Positions 7,837 to 13,628 of a stretch of 13,628 nt of DNA are shown piece after piece (the stretch's first letter is position 1; each line of letters begins with the position of its first letter). The notes beneath the pieces are model-generated. The model was not told where the DNA came from and searched no databases. It saw nothing but the letters and a program-made list of their open reading frames with translations. Source of the DNA: Octopus sinensis (lineage: Eukaryota); assembly GCF_006345805.1 (NCBI RefSeq), contig NW_021826028.1:1-13628 (forward strand), written 5' to 3'. The position numbers were made by a program, and so were the translations under genes.

Positions 7837-8007
7837 CACAATCAAGGAACGGCAATAATAGGCCATTCACCCACTAGAAATAACAGCCAAAGCTTCAACC
7901 GCAAAGTAACATCAATTCCGTAAACCAGGAGAAAATTAAAAAAACATTTACCCTGTAATTTCTTATACGATGCACCGTTTCATCTATTGTTTAATGGTAA
8001 ACTAACC

Positions 8008-11000
8008 TGGTGGTGGTGGTGGTGGTGGTGGTGGTGGTGGTGGTGGTGAGGTTGTGGTGGTGGTGGTGGTGGTGGTGGAGGTTGTGGTGGTGGTGGAGGT
8101 TGTGGTGGTGGAGGTTGTGGTGGTGGTGGAGGTTGTGGTGGTGGTGGTGGTGGTGGTGGTGGTGGATGTTGTGGTGGTGGAGGTGGTGGTGGTGGTGGTG
8201 GTGGTGGAGGTTGTGGTGGTGGAGTTTGTGGTGGTGGTGGTGGTGGAGGTTGTGGTGGTGGAGGTGGTGGTGGTGGTGGTGGTGGTGGAGGTTGTGGTGG
8301 TGGAGGTTGTGGTGGTGGAGGTGGTGTGGTGGTGGTGGTGGTTGTGGTGGTGCTGGTGGTGGTGGAGGTTGTGGTGGTGGAGGTTGTGGTGGTGGTGGTG
8401 GTGGTGGTGGTGGTGGAGGTTGAGGTGGAGTTTGTGGCAATGGAGGTTGTGGTGGTGGTGGTGGTGGTGGTGGGTGGTGGAGGTTGTGGTGGTGGAGGTT
8501 GTGGTGGTGGTGGTGGTGGTGGTGCTGGTGGTGGTGGAGGTTGAGGTGGTGGTGGTTGTGGTGGTGCTGGTGGTGGTGGAGGTTGTGGTGGTGGAGGTTG
8601 TGGTGGTGGAGATTGTGGTGGTGGTGGTGGTGGAGGTGGTGGTGGTGGTGGTGGTGGTGGTGGTGGTTGTGGTGGTGGTGGTTGTGGTGGTGGTGGTGGT
8701 GGTGGAGGTTGTGGTGGTGGAGGTTGTGGTGGTGGGAGTGTGGTGGTGGTGGTGGTGGTGGTTGTGTGGTGGTGGTGTTTGGGTGGTGGGGGTGGTGGTG
8801 GGGGGAGGTGGTGGTGGAGGTTGTGGTGGTGGAGTGGTGGTGGTGGTGGAGGTTGTGTGGTGGTGGAGGTTGTGGTGTGGAGTGGTGGGGTGGTGGTGGA
8901 GGTGGTGTGGTGGTGGTGGTGGTGGTGGTGGTGGTGTGGTGGTGGAGTTGTCGTGGTGGAGGTTGTGGTGGTGTGGTGGTGGTGGTGGTGGAGGGTGAGG
9001 TGAGTTTGTGGCGGTGGAGGTTGTGGTGGTGGTGGTGGTGGTGGTGGTGGAGGTGTGGTGGTGGAGGTTGTGTGGGGGTGGTGGTGGTGGTGCTGGTGGT
9101 GTGGTGGGTGGGGAGGGGGTTGAGGGGGGGTGGTTGTGGTGGTGGTGGTGGTGGTTGTGGTGTGGAGGTTGTGGTGGTGGAGGTTGTGGTGGAGGTTGTG
9201 TGGTGGTGGTGGTGGAGGTGGTGGTGGTGGTGGTGGGGTGGTGGTGGTTGTGGTGGTAGTGGTTGTGGTGGTGGTGGTGTGGTGGAGGTTGTGGTGGTGG
9301 GGGGAGGTTGTGGTGGTGGAGGTGGTGGTGGTGGTGGTGGGTGGTTGTGGTGGTGGTGGTTGTGGTGGTGGTGGTGGTGGTGGAGGTGGTGGTGTATGTT
9401 TGGTGGTGGAGGTGGGTGGTGGAGGTGGGGTGTGGTGGAGGTTGTGTGGTGGAGTTGTGGTGGTGGAGTTGTGGTGGTGTGGTGGAGGTGGTGGTGGTGG
9501 TGGTGGTGGTGGTGTGGTGGTGGTGGTGTGGTGGTGGAGTTGTGGTGGTGGAGGTTGTGGTGGTGGAGGTGGTGGTGGGGGTGGTGGTGTGGAGGGGGGG
9601 GGGGGGGGTGGTGGTGGTGGTGGTGGTGGTGTGGAGGTGGTGGTGGTGGTGGTGGAGGTTGTGGTGGTGGAGGTGGTGGTGGTGGGTGGTGGTGGAGGTG
9701 GTGGTTGTGGTGGTTGTGGTGGTGCTTGTGGTGGTGGTGGTGGTGGTGGTGGTTTGTGGTGGTGTGTTTGTGGTGGTGGTGGTGGTGGTGGAGGTGTGGG
9801 GTGGTGGTGGTGGGGTGGTGGTGGTGGAGGTTGTGGTGGTGGAGGTGGTGGTGGTGGTGTTGGTGGAGTTGTGGTTGTGGTGGTGTTGGTGTGGTGGAGG
9901 TGGTGGTGGTGGTGGTGGAAGGTTGTTGTGGTGTGGTGGTGGTGGTGGTGGAGGTTGTGGTGGTGGAGGTGGTGTGGTGGGGGTGGAGGTTGTGGTGGTG
10001 GTGGTGGTGGTGGTGGTGGTGTGGAGGTTGTGGTGGTTGGTGGTGGTTGGTGGTGCTGGTGGTGGTGGAGGTTGTGGTTGTGGGGGTGGCGGTGGTGGTG
10101 GAGGTTGTGGTGTGGTGGTGGTGGTGGTGGTGGAGGTTGTGGTGGTGGTGGTGGTGGTGGTGGAGGTTGTGGTGGTGGTGGGGGTGGTGGTGGTGGTGGT
10201 GGTTGTGGTGGTGCTGGTGGTGGTGGAGTTGTGGTGGTGGTGGTTGTGGTGTGTGGTGGGGGTGTAGTTTTGGTGTGTGTTGGTGGTGGTGGTGGATGTT
10301 GTTGGTGGTGGGGGTTGGTGGTGGTGGTGGCGGTTGTGGTGGTGGGGTGGTTGGTGGTGTTGGTGTGGTGGAGGTTGTGTGTGGGTGGTGGTGGTGGGGG
10401 TGGTGGAGTTGTGGTGGTGGAGGTGGTGTGGTGGTGGTGGTGGTGGTGGTGGTGTGTGGTGTGGGGGTGGTGGTGGGGTTGTGGTGGTTGTGGTTGTGTG
10501 GTGGTGAGTGTGGTGGTAGTGGTGTGGTTGTGGTGGGGGTGGGTGTGTGGGTTTGTGGTGGTGGTGGTGGTGGTGGTGGTGGTGGTGGTGGTGGTGGTGG
10601 GGGTGGTTGGTGGAGGTTGTGGTGGTGGTGGCGGTTGTGGTGGTGAGGTGGTGTGTTGTGGAGGTGGTGGTGTTGGTGGTGGTGGTGGTGGTGGTGGTGG
10701 CGTTGTGGTGGTGGAGTTGTGGTGGTGGTGGTGAGGTGGTGGGTGGTGGTGGTTGGTGGTGGAGGTTGGGTGGTGTGGTTTGTGGTGTTGTGGTGGTGGT
10801 GTGGTGGTGGGCGGTTGAGTGTGTTGGGTGGTTGTGGTGGTGGTGGTGGTGGTGGAGGTGTTGTGGTGGTGGTGGGTGTGGTGGTGGTGGCGTGGTGGGG
10901 GTGGTGTGGTGGTGGTGTTTGTGGTGGTGGTGGTGGTGGTTGTGGTGGTGGTGGTGGTGGTGGAGGTTTGGTGGAGTTGGTGGTGGAGGTTGTGGGTGGT

Positions 11001-11619
11001 GGTGTGGTGGTGGTGGTGTGGAGTTGTGGTGGTGGTGTTGTGGTTGTGGTGGTTTTGGTGGTGGTGGTGGTGGTGGTTGCGGTGGTGGTGGTGGTGGTGG
11101 TTGTGGTGGTGTGGTGGTTGTTGTGGTGGTGGTGGTGGTTGTGGTTGTTGTGGTGGTGGTGGTGGTGGTTTGTGGTGGTGTGGTGTGGTGTGGGTGCTGT
11201 GTTGGGGGTTGTGGTGTGGTGGTGGTGGGTGTGGTTGGGGGTGGTGGAGGTGTGGTGGTGGTGGTGGTGTGGTTGGGTGGTTGTGGTGTTGTGGTGGTGG
11301 TGGTGGTTGTGGTGTTTGTGGTGGTGGTGGTGGTGGTGTGTTGTTGTGGTGGTTGTGGTGGTGGTGGTGGTGGTGGTGTTGGTGTGGCGGTTGTGGTGGT
11401 GGTTGTGGTTGGTTGTGGTGGTGTGGTGGTGTTGGTGGTGGTTGTGTGGTTGTGGTGGTGGCGGGTGGTTGGTGGTGGTGGTGTTTGGTGTTGTGTGGTG
11501 GTGGTGGTGGTGGTTGTGGTGGGTTGGTGGTGGTGGTGGTGGTGGTGGTGGCGTGGTGGTGGTGGTGGAGTTTGTGGTGGTGGTGGTGGTGGTTGTGGTG
11601 GTAGTGGTGGTGGTGCTGG
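8008..11619. repeat. ~3.6-kb (GGT)n-based array with recurring GAGGTT(GTG)n higher-order unit
   Basis: Directly visible. Nearly all G/T on the plus strand; GGAGGTTGTGGTGGT recurs throughout with variable numbers of GTG triplets. Confidence 0.98.
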
Positions 11620-11847
11620 TTTCTCATTGTACACTCCAAAATGGGGAAAAATGAATGGAAGATACAAGAATAAAAATATTATTCCTCAGAGTCTGAGAGT
11701 AAACTATCAGATTTCTGTTTGTAAAACTTAATGTGCAGGCTGCTCGTTAGATGCCGGGAGCTGTCTGCATACAGAACCATACATAACGAGGGACATAAAT
11801 GTTTACATAAACACAAACACACACACATGGAAAGCAGACACCAAAAT

Positions 11848-11959
11848 AATGATGATGATGATGATAACGGTATATGTATATATATATATATATGTATATA
11901 TGCATATATATATATACATAATTTATATTATATTATATATGTATATCTATTTATCTATC

Positions 11960-11999
<40 letters not shown>

Positions 12000-12091
12000 T
12001 GTATGCATATATATATGTATGTATATATATATGTATGTATATATATATATATATATATGTATGCATATATATATATATATGCATACATATA
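11848..12091. repeat. (GAT)n followed by (TA)n microsatellite
   Basis: Directly visible. Confidence 0.94.
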
Positions 12092-12241
12092 TTGGCGTTA
12101 GGAAGGGCATCCAGCCGTAGAAACACTGCCAGATTTGACTGGGCCTGATGAAGCCTTCTGGCTTCACAGACCCCAGTAGAACCGTCCAACCCATGCTAGC
12201 ATGGAAAACGGACGCTAAACGATGATGATGATGATGATGAT
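12092..12241 (+). mobile_element. ~150-bp copy of the RTE 3' tail with (GAT)n tail
   Basis: TTGGCGTTAGGAAGGGCATCCAGCCGTAGAAAC..CCATGCTAGCATGGAAAACGGACG..(GAT)n is the reverse complement of 2535-2685 and 3048-3200. Confidence 0.92.
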
Positions 12242-12380
12242 ATATATATAGATTTATATATAGATATATATTATATACACACATATATATATATAATATA
12301 ATATAAATAATGTATATATATATGCATATATACATACATATACATATATACTTACATGTATATGTATATACATATGCATA
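12242..12380. repeat. (TA)n microsatellite
   Basis: Directly visible. Confidence 0.93.
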
Positions 12381-12738
12381 TGTGGGCACAGGACGTCACA
12401 AAATATAAACAACAAAAAATACGAAGTATGAGGACATGGAATAAGGACTCTTTTTGTCAGCAACGAGAGAACCAAATGGAAAACAAGGCAAGCAACATAA
12501 GGAACGACCCTTCATCAGTTGTCGGCTGTTTTTTTAGTCTGTATTTCGAGCAAGACACGACAAAAATATGCTTCCAATAAAACAGTTGCTTCCGCAAAGC
12601 AAATTAAATAAAATTTGCGATCTTGCAGAGGGTCAAGATTGGTGACAAAGACAGGACAGTGAAAACAAACAGGAAGGCCTGCTAAGCCTAAACAAGGTTG
12701 TGGTGGCGAAGATGATAGATGTCTCCGATACTGGGTCC
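12381..12738. mobile_element. Unclassified interspersed repeat, possibly Penelope-related
   Basis: Complex block abutting (TA)n; minus strand contains CTCGAAA and CTGATGAAG. Resembles a cephalopod repeat from memory only. Confidence 0.35.
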
Positions 12739-12740
12739 AA

Positions 12741-12989
12741 CTATGTGAAAGCATGAAGGCAAAACAACAAAATACCGCCCCTCTAAATGGAAACCTTACC
12801 AATCATTGTGGTTTTGTGGCAAGAAGCAAAGCAGGCCTTGCTGTCCATTACTCAAGAAAACACACAGTAAATGATCCACAAATCCACAAGCACTCAAGCA
12901 AACTGAGTCCTCAACTTGTTTCATTTGCCAAAAGGTTTGCAAGGGCACCAGCAGACCTCAACAGACACTTTCGTGTCCAAAGAACATGA
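12741..12989 (+). pseudogene. Degenerate tandem C2H2 zinc-finger relic, probably the C-terminus of a LINE ORF2 (RTE/BovB-like)
   Basis: Finger 1: NHCGFVARSKAGLAVHYSRKH (first Cys lost). Finger 2 across frameshifts: CFICQKVCK (Cys codons at 12917 and 12926) then PADLNRHFRVQ. Stop at 12987-12989. Confidence 0.62.
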
Positions 12990-13044
12990 TTAATGCTTTA
13001 TTTTACTGAACCCTCATTTGCCGTTCATGATAAGAGAATGCATC

Positions 13045-13218
13045 ATATATATACGATGGGCTTCTTTCAGTTTCTGTCTACCAAATCCTCTCACAGGCCT
13101 TTGGTCAACCCAAGGCCATAGCAGAGGACTCTTGCTCAGGGTGCCATACAGTGGGACAGAAGCTCAAGCCATGTGGTTGGAGAAAAAACTTTTTATAGTC
13201 CACATCCATCTTACAGCC
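13045..13218 (-). mobile_element. Diverged 5' half of the main SINE family
   Basis: ACGATGGGCTTCTTTCAGTTTCTGTCTACCAAATCCTCTCACAGGCCTTTGG..CAGTGGGAC..ATGTGGTTGG is the reverse complement of 6570-6735. Confidence 0.9.
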
Positions 13219-13304
13219 TCCTACCATTTCGATGGGCTTGGTTCCTGGGTGGAAGTGGTCACTAACGGTTTAGGCCATATTCACAGCTGATTTCTATTTT
13301 CATG

Positions 13305-13415
13305 CTAATTAGCCTACAGTTGGGTCTCTGACAGGTGTTACTATTCCAGGTGAGAGTGGGCCTGGGAACAATGGGGGCTAGGCAGTGGCTCCACATTCTT
13401 CAAAACCCTGGAACA
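13305..13415. mobile_element. Diverged fragment of a further SINE-like repeat
   Basis: ACAGGTGTTACTATTCCAGGTGAGAGTGGGCCTGGGAACAATGG..CTCCACATTC resembles a cephalopod SINE body from memory; no second copy in the window. Confidence 0.4.
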
Positions 13416-13597
13416 TTTGAAGAATATATATCTACAGAATATCCAAAAGTGACTTTAAACTGCATCCAAACAAAAGAGGAATAATGCATGGTATTATGTG
13501 TGTTATACACATACATACATGTATGTATGAATATATATATATATAAATCTGTAAATTTTGCCAGTTTAGCCAATATATATATATATATATATATATA

Positions 13598-13628
13598 TAC
13601 TCTTTTACTCTTTTACTTGTTTCAGTCA
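13598..13628 (-). mobile_element. 3' tail of another main-family SINE, continuing beyond the window
   Basis: TACTCTTTTACTCTTTTACTTGTTTCAGTCA is the reverse complement of the tail at 6939-6967 and 5001-5030. Confidence 0.88.

Noticed and set aside
7838-7900. Possible short repeat fragment (CACTAGAAATAACAGCCAAA)
   Set aside because: Only a vague resemblance to a remembered repeat; too short and no second copy in the window.
8008-11619. Telomeric or interstitial telomeric repeat
   Set aside because: The unit is GGT/GAGGTT-based; no TTAGGG arrays are seen.
7980-11731. ORFs of up to ~1220 aa (poly-P/T/H and poly-V/W/G) as protein-coding genes
   Set aside because: GGT/CCA repeats lack stop codons in most frames on both strands, the translations drift between homopolymers, and no domain is present. 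Kept only as a testable exon hypothesis.

Overview
AT-rich eukaryotic non-coding DNA made almost entirely of microsatellites and decayed transposons. The repeat families resemble those I recall from octopus (cephalopod) genomes; this is recognition from memory, not a database result. No intact host gene is supported, and nearly all supplied ORFs are simple-repeat artefacts. Supported content: (1) a 5'-truncated RTE-clade LINE (3048-4324, minus) with a minisatellite-containing 3'UTR, plus two ~150-bp copies of its 3' tail; (2) the 3' end of a restriction-like-endonuclease non-LTR retrotransposon (5806-6568), interrupted by a 204-bp internally deleted mariner with TA target duplications; (3) one near-complete tRNA-derived SINE (6569-6969), six fragments of the same family, and other SINE-like fragments; (4) a ~200-bp element carrying a minimal type I hammerhead-ribozyme-like fold with a variant core (7616-7650, minus); (5) a degenerate C2H2 zinc-finger relic (12741-12989); (6) a 3.6-kb (GGT)n-based array (8008-11619). 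I cannot demonstrate a new biological system. The best leads are the variant hammerhead element, the apparent insertion of the RTE family into (TA)n tracts, and the giant GGT array with a splice-donor-like site at its exact edge.
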